A stretch of 63,154 bases of DNA, counting the filler, from Phoronis australis (lineage: Eukaryota > Animalia > Phoronida): the NCBI GenBank assembly GCA_002633005.1. It is 9 parts of 9 records of this genome, joined end to end, with 100 filler letters (N's around TTAATTAATTAA, not from the genome) between each part and the next. Parts side by side here need not be neighbours in the genome. Positions count along the whole stretch, not along the records: positions 25,722 to 40,359 come from NMRA01000033.1; positions 40,460 to 41,735 come from NMRA01001594.1; 7 more parts are not named here. The stretch is one strand, 5' to 3'. The position numbers were made by a program, and so were the translations under genes. Below, piece after piece: positions 27,849-40,598 of this stretch; the first letter of the stretch is position 1, and the number at the start of each line of letters is the position of its first letter. The notes under the pieces were generated by a model that was not told where the DNA came from, ran no database searches, and worked only from the letters and a program-made list of their open reading frames with translations.

Positions 27849-28355
27849 GATTGTTTTTATCTAACGCCTCCTAGCGGTGACCATAACGTATAGAATTACA
27901 AAATATGACGAAATCGAAGTAATTTTGAAAAGTTTTTATTCGTATATTCATATTAGCTGAGTAAGCACCAAAATGAAATAGTGACTATTGTTTAACCAAA
28001 ATAAATGTCAAAATTCAAAACGAACTTTTGTGATTAATCTCATCCAATAGCAATTGTCGTTTACAACTTCTGCTGAATCCTCTTTTACTTCCGTTGTTTT
28101 CAAGGAAAGCTGTGCTTTACATAAAATCCCGGTAAGACTCTATGTTTTTGACCAGTTGCGTTTGTTAGTTTTCCTCTCTGGGCTCTGGTGTTGTTCTTAG
28201 GTCTATTTTTGATGGCACAGTTCTAAATATTTCGTAAACTGGTGTAAAATATATAGGGGATCGCTTAATGATTTTTGGTCGGTTGTCGACGTGTCAGTTT
28301 TCAAGTTCAACTCACTGACGACACTGACTGACACTGTGTTTGCCTTGAGGTGAGT
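27849..28355. promoter_or_regulatory. Probable bidirectional promoter COA3 / SEC61G with candidate non-coding first exon of SEC61G
   Basis: ETS-like ACTTCCG near 28087; pyrimidine-rich TTTTCCTCTCT near 28170; strong plus-strand donor GAG|gtgagt at 28350; SEC61G ATG exon begins with an acceptor, so a 5' UTR exon must exist. Confidence 0.5.
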
Positions 28356-29222
28356 TTGGAATGCATTAAACTTGATCTCAAGATCCCGTGGGTGTGAACT
28401 TGGCATTTGAGGCTCATTAAAGAATTCTTGAGGGTAATAGCTGAAGGTAATTGTTTAGAATATGACCACGTTCACCTGCACACATGCTTTTGGTATCGTT
28501 GGTTTTTGCCTGTCGTTCTCATTCTAGAAAGGTTTGAATTTGTCCCCCTCCGCATTTCCTCACTAGTTTATCGTCAAATATCTGTTCGCACTATTTCATG
28601 GTTGCCACCGCCATGTTCGGTCAACTCAATATAGCAGCGACACCTGTTGCCAATTAAATGAAACAGCATCATCGATTCTGATTAGTGTTTGCCTGCGAGA
28701 TACCCCCTAAAGTTTGCCTAAGATAAAATACGGAGCAACATGGGGCAGGGTTTCACCCTTTTCCATACATTTTTAGAATACGGTATCATCTTTGACCCCT
28801 TTTCCATGAAATTCTCTGAAGTGATACCCTTTTCATTAATTTGGACCACAAAATGATCTTTTTTTTACGGATTATTGTTAGCGGATGCTTACCAGGGTCA
28901 CTATAGGAATTCAAACTCTTGGGACTGTAGCTCGGGACCGGGGTCGACTGGTCTCGATCAGTTTGACCTTATTAAAAGCGACGCTGTGCAGAATATGACT
29001 GTCGGTAGATTAGTTCAGTTTTTGGCCGCCAGTTGACTCTTTCCAGTCAACATGGCGGTATCACTGCCGAGATATAGTTCGAGCAGAAATTTGACAATAA
29101 AATACTAAGGAGACGGGGTTGGAGACAATTTCGTATATTTTTGGAATGCTAACAAAGCGAGGAATCGAACAATACCAAAATCATGTTTGTAGGTCAATGT
29201 CGTCTTATTGTAAACAATTACC

Positions 29223-29351
29223 TAGTCGGATACATGGGTCCCTGATTTGGGAACCAGTTACTCCCACTGAATAGCACCTGTTATCTGGTTTTTCAGTGGT
29301 AGTAACTGGTTTTCAAATCAATTTTAAATCAGGTATCCACCTGTCCGACTA
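29223..29351. mobile_element. Small foldback MITE-like element
   Basis: TAGTCGGA...TCCGACTA ends and internal inverted match AACCAGTTACT.CCACTGAA / TTCAGTGG.AGTAACTGGTT. Confidence 0.55.
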
Positions 29352-29881
29352 TTACCTTGAGATTATTTGGTCTAGCAAAGAGGAGGTTTATAAACACAAC
29401 CTGTGTTCATGGCCAGGTGAAACTTGTCATTAGTTCTTTTGTAAGTTGGCCACACAATCATGACAGTGACACAAATCAAAGACCCATTTTCTCCTTTCTG
29501 GAACTGAATAAAATTGCCAATAGTTGAATGGCTGGTTTGATAACGTACTTCTGCTGGTTTCCTTGCTCAAGGTCTAGTGACCTAACAATTGATCTGTGTT
29601 TGACACCTTCCTTGCAGAGGCGATAATTGGTAAGGGTGTGACAATTGTGATGGAATCGGGAGCATTCGATATCAATTTACCAAGGCCCATTTGGATTCAA
29701 TTCTAAGGTCCAATTTTTGCTGTTAGATTCTTTCCAAAGTTAAGATTTATTTGAATCTTTTGAACAGTATAATCATAAATTAATGAATTTTTAAAATCTA
29801 TGTAGGTATTATTGAGATACTGAATAGATAAACAGCTTGGGATTGTTCGGTAATAGGAATCTTATCACATTTGTCAATTTT

Positions 29882-30880
29882 CTCTGTTGGGAATACTTTG
29901 AGTGCTCAGCGAGCATAGTACACAGTGCCACCATCTCGACTGACTGCAGTAAAGACGGTGGCCATCCCTTAGTCCCTCCATACGCCGGAAGCTTTTCGGC
30001 GAATTATGCCTCACACTGATTAAATCATCAAAGTCATGTTGCTATAAGTAATTCTTGCACATAGAGGGACACCTTAGGAAGCCGTTGATGTCTTTAACTC
30101 TTCCTAGCTTGAACAAATAGACCCACAATCAAACTTTTTGGAGCAATCCTTCATTCAGTTGCCCAAATCGGCAACTGGCCATATTTACTTTGCTTGCTCC
30201 AGGGAATATGATGTTTAGATTTGATTTCTGTGTGTTGTATTGATTTTGATCTAAATATAGTAACTTGAAGATAGAAGTGATTGTTGTATAATTTAGTTTA
30301 TAGGGTGCATTCCACGGTATTTGTGCCATGGACTTAAAAATTTCAAATCAGCCTTTTAACTTTCATTTTGATGTTTACACATAGTTTAATCATTGAATTT
30401 TGTTGTCTGCAGGTCCATTTTCTGTTTGTCTTAGAAATTTTGCTTTTATCGGAAGGTTTATCNCTCTGTTGGGAATACTTTGAGTGCTCAGCGAGCATAG
30501 TACACAGTGCCACCATCTCGACTGACTGCAGTAAAGACGGTGGCCATCCCTTAGTCCCTCCATACGCCGGAAGCTTTTCGGCGAATTATGCCTCACACTG
30601 ATTAAATCATCAAAGTCATGTTGCTATAAGTAATTCTTGCACATAGAGGGACACCTTAGGAAGCCGTTGATGTCTTTAACTCTTCCTAGCTTGAACAAAT
30701 AGACCCACAATCAAACTTTTTGGAGCAATCCTTCATTCAGTTGCCCAAATCGGCAACTGGCCATATTTACTTTGCTTGCTCCAGGGAATATGATGTTTAG
30801 ATTTGATTTCTGTGTGTTGTATTGATTTTGATCTAAATATAGTAACTTGAAGATAGAAGTGATTGTTGTTTTAGTTTATA
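29882..30880. repeat. ~0.42-kb duplication across a single N (29882-30300 vs 30464-30880), likely allelic
   Basis: Near-identical copies; N at 30463. Confidence 0.8.
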
Positions 30881-31061
30881 GTTGTATTTTCCAAAGGCTT
30901 CTTATATTGTCTAGTTTTTGCAGTTTGGTAAACTTACTACTACTTATCGTAAGTGAAAAAGCAAGAAAATATCAACTGTCTGTCATTGTTTCTGAAGTTA
31001 GTGAAACATTATGGAAGTAACTGTAATAAACTTAATATTCTAACCTGTCCTGCAACTGTAG

Positions 31062-31205
<144 letters not shown>

Positions 31206-32342
31206 TAGTCACAATTTCTTTCTTCAAGAGTTTTGTTTTATAAGGCTTAGACACATTTTTGTTGTAATTATTAGAACCTCCTTGTTCATACTTTTTTTAA
31301 TGTGATGGACAGGTTGGTGTGTTACTATGCCACTAAATGCAGTCCTCTAAGGCATCAACGCACATTTTGCAGCTGGTGCAATGTTTCAGAACCAGCTCAT
31401 CCCTGTGACCTCCCATGACCACCAAATCTATACATTTCTCCATTCTCTGTGGATGCTAGTCCCCACATTATGCCTTAGTTGAAAGTTCCATTTTCCACTC
31501 CTGTGGCCACTTAGGTGAATGACTTTCGCAATCACATTTAAGCTCCATTTAAACTTAATTACCAAGATAGTGATTTAGTGGATGTGACTCGCAGCGATGT
31601 TAAGCCTGTGCTCTCTGTCAAGATAAGCTAGTTTTGATTTTGGTCCCTTTCCATGGTAAAATTTCTTGTTTCTTACTCAATTTAGAAGTCATCTCTGGGC
31701 TTTGGAAGAACTGACCGTTAATGTCACACGTTACCTGGAATTTTATGAGCTTGTCCTGAAGAAATAACGCTCTGTAAAGTTCTTTCCAAGCCTAGAAATC
31801 ACCTATTTTGACTTGGGAACAATTCGACACCATTTTCGTGATGTTAAGTGTCCTAAATCAAAGCTCATTTTTTGATGGAAGCATGGGTTAAATGCTACTG
31901 TAATTTCAAACATTGTGAAGTGGGCTGGCTTCTTCAAGAATTTGAGGGAAAATTGTACCTTCCTTTTGTGTTCAGTGATGTCAGTGAGGGTTAAAAAAGT
32001 GGACACCAGCCATTAATGCCCTCCTACAACAAATACTAGTATACTTTTGAAGATGCCTATAACAAACTAACTTTCACATGGTGCTCAGGAGTCATTTCAG
32101 AATGGGTTTTTTGACATTTGTGCTCTAAGTACGTCAACTGATGCGTTGTTTTGTGAAGTACCTTGCTGTGTAGGTGCTTAAAAATTTTTACCAATAACCA
32201 ATTCTGTGCTTAAATTGATTAGACACCTAGAGAATTGATGCTTACTGTCCCCACTTCTTTTGATTTAAACCTCGCCCTATTTTTTAGCTCCGGTTGACTT
32301 GCCCACAAATTCTGGAGTGAATGCCGGTTGCTTTCCGAGTGA

Positions 32343-32498
<156 letters not shown>

Positions 32499-33904
32499 TA
32501 AGTATTGCTCAGGGACCTTATAGTTAAGTGTACTCGGGATCTTATCGACAAGTCTGTGTTTTTAGCCAAAAATTCACGAAACTAAATTTTACTTTTTAAA
32601 AATATTTTCTGAATGTAGAAACCCGGTAGAATTTATTTTTTGACATGATCAATCTGCCGTTTATTGGGTCACATGGCTGTCTTTTTGTAAAATTTAGCAG
32701 AAAAGAAAGGTATATTCACAGCAAAGCAATAGTAATTATAAAATGACGAAATTTCGTTTGATAAAAATGTTCAAGATAAAATCATGAATTATCATGTCAT
32801 CTTCATTTTATACAAATTTCGAGTTTGTACAGAAAAATTTAAAAGTCTTATTTACTAATAACCCTGTAACATTTTGAAAACAATTCTTAACAATGTTTTG
32901 GAGAATAGTCCATAAGTGTAGTATTTGAAAGTTTCACATGAATCTGAACGGCCATTTTGGAGGTACGATTCTCCAAAGATAGCCAAAATTTGGAATTTTT
33001 GTGGGGTCCTACATAACCTTAAAGCTGTATTGCATCCTGTTTAATGAGGTAAAACAACAATTTGATTAGGAATTTTGCTCTCAAGTCCGGTCTTATTTTC
33101 TTACCATGATAGGATTCTATTTCCGTTCACAACTCAAGTCAGAGGCAATGTGTACCTGTGCCATTTTCGAATTTGCAATTTTAGGGTTGGCGAACTTCAG
33201 TAAAGTATGAAACAGGTTTTTCTTTCTGTGATGGTTCCAGTGTTCTTGTTGTCAATGAAAATAGAATCTTATCATGGTAAGAACTATTGTGAGACTGCAA
33301 ATGCTATTTCACAGTACTATCACAGCATGTACAGCACTCGACACAGGTGGAAATACGAGTGATGGCTTAGACTACACTCATACGTATGGATTTAGACTTG
33401 TAAAAAGTGACAACCAAAAAATGAAACCCCACTTAACGTTTGCTCGGTGCGCATTTGAATAATATGATTAAGGTCAACTTGCTACCGGTATTTCATTTTT
33501 CTACTGGTAATTTCGATTGTGTACTCGTTTATGTTGAGCCCTACCGTAAATATGCCTTATTTTTGTGGATTGGATTATTTGACGTGAAGAAATCGTGGCC
33601 AAACGTGTAACAACACTCGGCTTAATTTTTTTGTCCGAGAATTATTTGTTTATTAGTTTGGCATCAGAAGTGTCACTTTAGTGTCGCATCTTTTTTAAAA
33701 AAGATTCGTGTTTGGTGGAACCCTTTGTTTTTTACTACAGTGATTTAGTGGTGGTGATAAACCTATGGAATTAATCAAGTTCATTGGAAGATTCCACTCC
33801 GCATACTTTTGAGTGATTTCAGGTTTGAAGTTTATGATTTTGGTTTGGTATAATTGGCGCTTTGTGGATCTTTAACTGTTAAAAATAATTTTCTTATTTT
33901 ACAG

Positions 33905-33914
33905 CGGTTCATAA
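33905..33914 (+). CDS. SEC61G: Sec61 gamma, final coding exon (C GGT TCA TAA; ...VGS*)
   Basis: ttacag acceptor; total CDS 94+103+10 = 207 nt = 68 aa plus stop. Confidence 0.9.
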
Positions 33915-34205
33915 AAGTCAAGAAACACACAAGAAAGATTTTACTATAGAGACTGAAACTAATATTGTACCATAATTTTTATCTGAGGAGTGAAGGAGTT
34001 GGAACAATGGAAATTTACCACGTTTTACCACTGGTCTACCTACAGTGCAAAGTTTGCGTTGTAGTTATTTGTGTTATGCTCTTTTGACAAAGTGTAATCA
34101 TGTGGTTAATGTTTGAGAACAATTTGCGCACTTCAGTAGGCAGAGAATGTTTTACTACATGAGACTGTACTGAGCTTGGTTTATTGTTACATTAGTCATG
34201 GTAGT

Positions 34206-34211
34206 AATAAA
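34206..34211 (+). terminator. Probable polyadenylation signal of SEC61G
   Basis: AATAAA ~290 nt after the stop, followed by T-rich sequence. Confidence 0.6.
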
Positions 34212-37200
34212 CGTTTATTGAAATTTCACACATTTTGAAATTGTCTTAATCTTTTTTTATGATAGCTACTTACTGCTATCCAATTGCATCACCTATTAGG
34301 ATTTTAGCACAGTTGTTTGTAGTATGTGTACTTAAAGTTATTTGAATTGGACTTGCAAAGATACGTGCATTGGTCGAAGAACATTTGACATGAGGTACCA
34401 TGGCATAGTTTTACATAAAAGTTGATACAGTAATACTCGAATAATTCGACCATGCTTAGATCGGAATTTCTCATTCACTCAGACGAAATTTGACTTATTA
34501 CAGTTGTTCTAGCTAACATGTGTTTTCTTGGTCCTTCAGGTAAGTTGGATTTTACCCTTTTACTGTATCATGATGATATTGGCAACTTATACAGAAATTA
34601 ATGTCGACATGCATTTGTAGGCCTTGGAATCATTTCCATAAAGCTCAGTGTTTCGCAAACTAAGTCTGGTCTGCATGCCACCTGCTAGTCACATGACATT
34701 ACCATATGAATATAAGTCTGAAAAGATTTTTACCCGATGGGGACTCGACCAGGCATGAAAAAAAATCTCAAAACAAACCGGTCGAAATGGGCATTTTGAC
34801 TGGTTTGCGCACCACAAAATTTGCCGAACCACCAGGCAGAATTGGATTTTGAGGTAAGCCAAATGTCATTGTACAATTTTTGACATGCCGGTTTGCGTAC
34901 CTCAGAATTTGCCGGCCGAGTTCAAAGACACCATGCTGTTATGGTTAATTAAATCGCCTCAGGATGCTGATGTTATCGTTGTCTAGATAAAAAGACCCAT
35001 CATAATCATATTAGGGACAACAATAGAATTCTTAATTTTTCGTTTTGATAGTTTAAAAATGCCATATGTGAATAGCTCGTGAAAAGTACATGTGATTGGG
35101 TTTTTGAATTTTGAAAACTGGACGAGAAGTACGACTTCCACAACCTAAAACGTTTGGTTAATGTTACAATAATATGTTCCTCATTAATTCTGCTGGGTGT
35201 GCAACTTAATTCAGGACCGTAGGAAGGGGGGGAGGGGGAAACGTAGACCCCCCAAAAAAATGCAGGCTTCAGGGTTATACCGTGGCAACCGACATAGGCG
35301 TGGGGCTGAGGACAGTCGAGAAAAGAAAGACTTTGAAGCACGGATAAGAAAATATTCAAGAGAAGATTTGACAACTTAGTAACAGTGCATGGTTTACCTT
35401 TCGAGGACTTTGGCCAGGACGTTGTTAGGGTCTCCGTTTTTGCAACACAGGTCGTCTAAACGCACTTAATCATTCATACGTTTAATTATTTCGAGAAAAA
35501 CCGAGAAAATTTGTAAAGCGACAATTTCGATTGAATAACTTTTTTTTTCAGAGGCCCCTCTCTGGCAAGGGATAATGGAGACAACTGTCGCTTTATTTTT
35601 TTTCTCGAAATTGTATGTCACTTGAGAAAAATTGATGACCTGACAGATTACATCAACTGCTGCGCATTTCCTGACTTTTGAATATTATAGATCCTTTCAA
35701 ATTTAGGGGCCCAGTCCTTGAAGGGGCCACTGATGAAATTCAAGTGGCCACCCTTTTTGTGTTTTTATTGACAAATTCTTTAAAGGGGCCGCTCAGGAGA
35801 GATGGTCCAATTTTGGAATCGATCACCTCTTTTTTCCTGTTTTTGGGAAATCGTGCAACCGGCTTTCGTGTTGAGGAAGTTCACTTCTGATCACACAATG
35901 GTGGAATGAACTGTCACTCATTCCCACGCTTAATGATGTTTCGCCTTTTATCATAAGGTGTCCCATTTCAGACGGGACCTTCTCTCGGTGAGGCAGTAAG
36001 GAGGAAATGTCCCTTTGTCCCTCCGTACAACATGCAAGTAAATCCGACACTGCCAAGTATTCACGAGGGGAAGTTGAGATTCCAAATTCATCTAAAAACA
36101 CAAAACATTCGTGCACGGCACAGCAGTATCAAGACTTTCCACCCAAACAACCAAAAATGTGAAAATACATTATAGGATTGACGCCATTGAAAAGGTGAAA
36201 TTCTGAAAAACGTGAAGACTACTATTTGTGAATTACACAAAAGGACTATTTCCGATGCTTAGTTATAAAACAATGTTCCTTTTTCCATAATATCACAAGA
36301 ATAGTATTTCTTTTGAAGATCGTTACTACGAGTTGTTTGTAAGGAATTCCCACATGTCGAAAAGACTGTGGGGGCTGCGATTTGTGATGACCATGTACAT
36401 GTCGAACGGCGGTACTCGAAGTACTCTCGCAATCATACACAAATATTTCAGCGTCTCAGTTTTTTGGAGTTCAAGTTTACCTCGTGAACCGTTATAAGTA
36501 CCTCTGAAATGAGCAAAAATACACCTTAACACGAATGCCCTATCTCCCATGTTCCCCCGGTTACCAGTAAAAAGCGTGACTGCGGAAATTTCTTATAACT
36601 TTCCGTTTAGATAATCAAATTCGTTGGTTTCTAATTTACCTGTTTATGTAAGCATATCTACGGAAATCGATAGATTAGATAATTTATGACAATTAGGAGC
36701 TAATCTTGTAAGAACCGATGATGTTTCAGTGAATTTAATTGCAGCCTGAATTTGGAAAAGTCTATAATCCGATCCCCAAATGAGTAAAGTACACTTATAC
36801 ACGATTTTTGCCTATCTAAAGTAACTCTCAAAGACATTGATGAAATATATAGACGCTGAGGTTGGCCAATAGTGAAATATGTCAAATAAACACAGAAAGA
36901 TCAGGAACCCCAGCGTCTATTATATTTAGTATACCTAATAAACACCATACTAGTAAATTGCCGATTACATAATTGTCCAAATCTCGTGCGAAAAAGGCGA
37001 AACGCCGCTCATGGGATGTATGACATATATGTAACAGTTGGCTGAAAACAGTAATTGCACAGATATCGGGTCCTATAGCTCAGTGGTAAGAGCAATCAAG
37101 AGATCTGCGGTCCGATGAAATTCGGACAGTTCTCAAAAATACACTCACAATTCAAATGGCAATAACTGCATTGCTTTTTGACTTCGATAAAAGATTTGTC

Positions 37201-37559
37201 ATTTCAACTCAAATGAATGGTTAAATCATCATGGACGTAATTTCAATGATTCAAAACATTTCTACCCTATAAATACATGTACAAAGGTTTTTGCATATGG
37301 ATCCCCCACACTTGCTCATTTAGTCAAGCATTCATCTACAATTATACACCTTTATCTATTATAATTAATCGGACCTTTGGTGCCGTTTGATACTATTACA
37401 TTCAGAATGCAGTGGCAAAAACGAAAAATGCGTAATCTACTCCAAGTATCTGCCTGAAATTGGTAGATACAAGTTTTCTGACAGATAAAAATGGGCAAAC
37501 ATCTATCGCGTGGTTTTGAAATGTACTGTAGATAGCTCATCCCATTGGTTGCAGTGTAG

Positions 37560-37690
37560 GACTTTCCATAAAAGTTAAATTAACTATTTTCTTCAGAAAG
37601 TAAAAGTTAGCGATCCTGATACATGTAGTGTATGCTACGAAAACAAGAGACACTTGAATACATTTTTACGATTGTCATGTTACTATAGAA
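37560..37690 (+). mobile_element. Highly degenerate LINE (L1/Tx1-like) C-terminal zinc-finger remnant
   Basis: Frameshifted reading NYFLQKVKVSDPDTCSVC..ETLEYIF/YDC resembles the CCHC motif downstream of RT. Confidence 0.35.
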
Positions 37691-38415
37691 AGTGAACACT
37701 GGAAAATAACAGTATTCATAAAAATAGACAATGTTATTTTAAAAACCTGTTACATTTGTCGCGATCAACATTCAAAAACGAAAAAACGGAACAACTGGAT
37801 TGAAAAGCGGGACTTCAGAATAAAAAGCCTGACATCTGGGTCTAAGCCAAAACGTACTAGGTGAAATGTCCGCTGCAACACGCAAAGAATTACCGACAGC
37901 GTTTTTTGTCGAACGGGAGATGTAACACCCACAAATGTCCCGATGTCCGACAGCGCACGGTTTGTTGTTGTTTTCATACAAAAATTGCAAAATGCGGGTG
38001 CCGCCAAAACCCGTGAAACGTCACATTTTTTTCATTTTAGTCGTGCAGAAAAGTATGGCTATGTCACGCAAGAAATCACAATAGCATGCGATAATACGTA
38101 TGTCACATGATTTAACCGTGTGTCAAAAAGCGGAACATTTAGATAGGGTGGCGGGATGACTTAAAAATTCAAAGAAAAAGGGGCACTCAACCGAGAGTGG
38201 AGTAATCGCCAAATACACAGTACGCTGTCAGCAACACGAAGTACTGGATTGGGTACTTTCACAACTTAAACTTTCATTTTTTAAAATTAATTTATATCAC
38301 GGATATAGGTAAATATTACACCTAATGGTAGATCTACTTCGCAGAAAAAACGGCTTCCTCGCTACAGGTAAATATTGCACCTTAATAGAAACAATTTAAA
38401 ACAGCAATAATGCAA

Positions 38416-38463
38416 ACACACACGCGCGCGCGCGCACACACACACACAAACACACGCACACAC
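38416..38463. repeat. (CA)n/(CG)n microsatellite
   Basis: acacacacgcgcgcgcgcgcacacacacacac. Confidence 0.9.
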
Positions 38464-39861
38464 TTAGTTAAGCAATTATGAGCAATTTTTCGAACGTAAA
38501 CACACCAGTTGTTATTAGGGCCATGATTTTTACACCCAAAAATGTCTTGTTGAAAAACACCTGGCATATGTAGTAAAAGGGTTGTGGAAAGCGGTTCTAC
38601 GGCTGGAGCTGAAAGGATGGTGCCCCCCCCCCTAGAGTTCACAAGACAAATGGTGTGTGGGTGAATGTGATTGTATACAAATTCTTCCAATAATTATTAA
38701 AGAGCGTAAATTAACAACGAAAGGTGTCTTGCTAAATCAGCTTTTTATTTTACAAATCATTAAACATAACTCATAAGTGACTTGAATGCAGCAGACTAGA
38801 GCAGCGTGGCGGACCCGATCCGAAATCAAATCGATTAGCAACCCTGTAACAATGAAGAAGTATCGAATTAGCCACTGTTCAACACAATTTATAAAAGACA
38901 GTCTCAATGACAGGTAAACTAGACAATGCATCTTAGTTTAACGGGTTTAATAGACGACATTCGATGAGCAGACGGAACCGGCTCAGATCTGATTTCAAAT
39001 GCCCGATTAAGACAACGGGCGCTATGGTAACGGTAACTACGGGTAATTCATGCCGCTCTAGTCGACACAATTAATTAAACAACGAAATATAAAACGTGAA
39101 ATGAGCAACACGGAAAGAAGCTCTGAACCATAAACATGCATGTCTCTTAGCAAGGTACTGTGGTTGGAAGGTTGTTGGCGCAATGGAAGAGCACGTACGC
39201 TCTGATCAATAGTTTGTAAGCTCGAAACCATTCAGTTTTATGAATTTGCTATTTTTAAGTCACCCGGACAAAGTAGAACCGTCGAGGACTGATTATACTT
39301 CAGAAATCAAGAAAAATGCCTGTTTTCAGAGGCAAAAAAATTACCCTGGGCAGGAGGGGGAAAACCCCTCTCCCGCTTTGAGCAATTGTCTACGAGACAA
39401 AATGTTGGACCCCTTATGATATCCTAGATTCACCACTGGATGGGTTAACTGTAGTGTGGAGTCTTATGAGTGGAATTTGGTGCAGGACCCACGGCCTAAT
39501 CCCTGTACTTGAAACTCGACTAAAAAATTGACCAATCCAAAGTACCGGTACTCGGAATAATGCAGTTTAAGTGGCTAAAGATCGGCTTTGAGCCTGGAAG
39601 CGGCCTCCCTTGTGTCTGAGTTCTGACATTAGATCCTACACGCAGAAGTCCGGTCTTCTACTTCTACTCCAAGGTTGTTTGTTGGTGAATTCAAGATCAG
39701 CGTAGTTGATTTTGTACAGACGATTACATTAATATTCCAAGTGAAGTTCAGGACAATTTAAATTAAAATAATACTACCAATGATAATGATAAACTTTATT
39801 TATAGAGGATAAAATACAATAGATATTAAAAACGACCTTAAACAGGCCACCATATACGGTG

Positions 39862-40359
39862 GTATACTTTCTGACTACTCAACCGTAATCACAGGGGTAC
39901 TTCAGGGTTCCATTTTGGGCCCTCTATTATTCACTATTTTTGTTAACGACCTCCCTACTGTCCTTCACAACATTATCCCAGTTTTATACGCTGATGACAC
40001 TGCAATTATGTCCACAGCTGGATCGGTAAAAGAACTCGAAACTTCTCTCAACAATGAGCTAGCCATTATCCATGACTGGCTGATTCAAAATAAACTCACT
40101 CTTAACGTTAGTAAAACCAAGTCGATGCTGTTTGGAACCCACCAGAAATTAGAACAACAAAAACTATCCCTTTCTATCAACGGTTCTCCCATCGAGAATG
40201 TTGACAAGTTTAAGTACTTGGGCCTTACTTTAGATCCCAATCTTAAATTTAATATGCACATAGATCACATCACAAAGAAATTATCAAAGAAAATCGGTGT
40301 ACTTAAACGTCTAGGCAAATTTCTTAATGTCAGTACTCTTAAGACCCTTTACCATTCTA
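39862..40359 (+). mobile_element. Non-LTR retrotransposon (CR1/L2-group) reverse transcriptase fragment, 5'-truncated, running into a gap
   Basis: GVLQGSILGPLLFTIFVNDLP, LYADDT, NKLTLNVSKTK and FKYLG motifs. Confidence 0.92.
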
Positions 40360-40522
40360 NNNNNNNNNNNNNNNNNNNNNNNNNNNNNNNNNNNNNNNNN
40401 NNNTTAATTAATTAANNNNNNNNNNNNNNNNNNNNNNNNNNNNNNNNNNNNNNNNNNNNAATGCAGCAAGTTCAGACCGGGAAAGTAAGGACTGAGAAGA
40501 TGGATGAGGTGAGTGAACTACC

Positions 40523-40598
40523 TTGTAAAGTGGGCCACGTTGTAAAGTGGGCCACGTTGTAAAGTGGGCCACGTTGTAAAGTGAACCATGTTGTAAAG
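40523..40598. repeat. 17-bp tandem repeat TTGTAAAGTGGGCCACG x~4.5
   Basis: Direct reading. Confidence 0.9.

Noticed and set aside
26755-28127. Tandem COA3 gene duplication
   Set aside because: Copies are joined by a single N and differ by only a few non-coding SNPs; the same pattern occurs elsewhere in the window, so it is likely an artefact
31985-32032. H/ACA snoRNA-like hairpin (GAGGG...CCCTC-CT-ACA) in a SEC61G intron
   Set aside because: No convincing H box or 5' hairpin; would need snoRNA-specific tools
37068-37130. tRNA gene (TAGCTCAGTGGTAAGAGC); similar remnant near 39170
   Set aside because: Only the D-arm/A box is recognisable; no T-arm or acceptor stem; SINE relic at most
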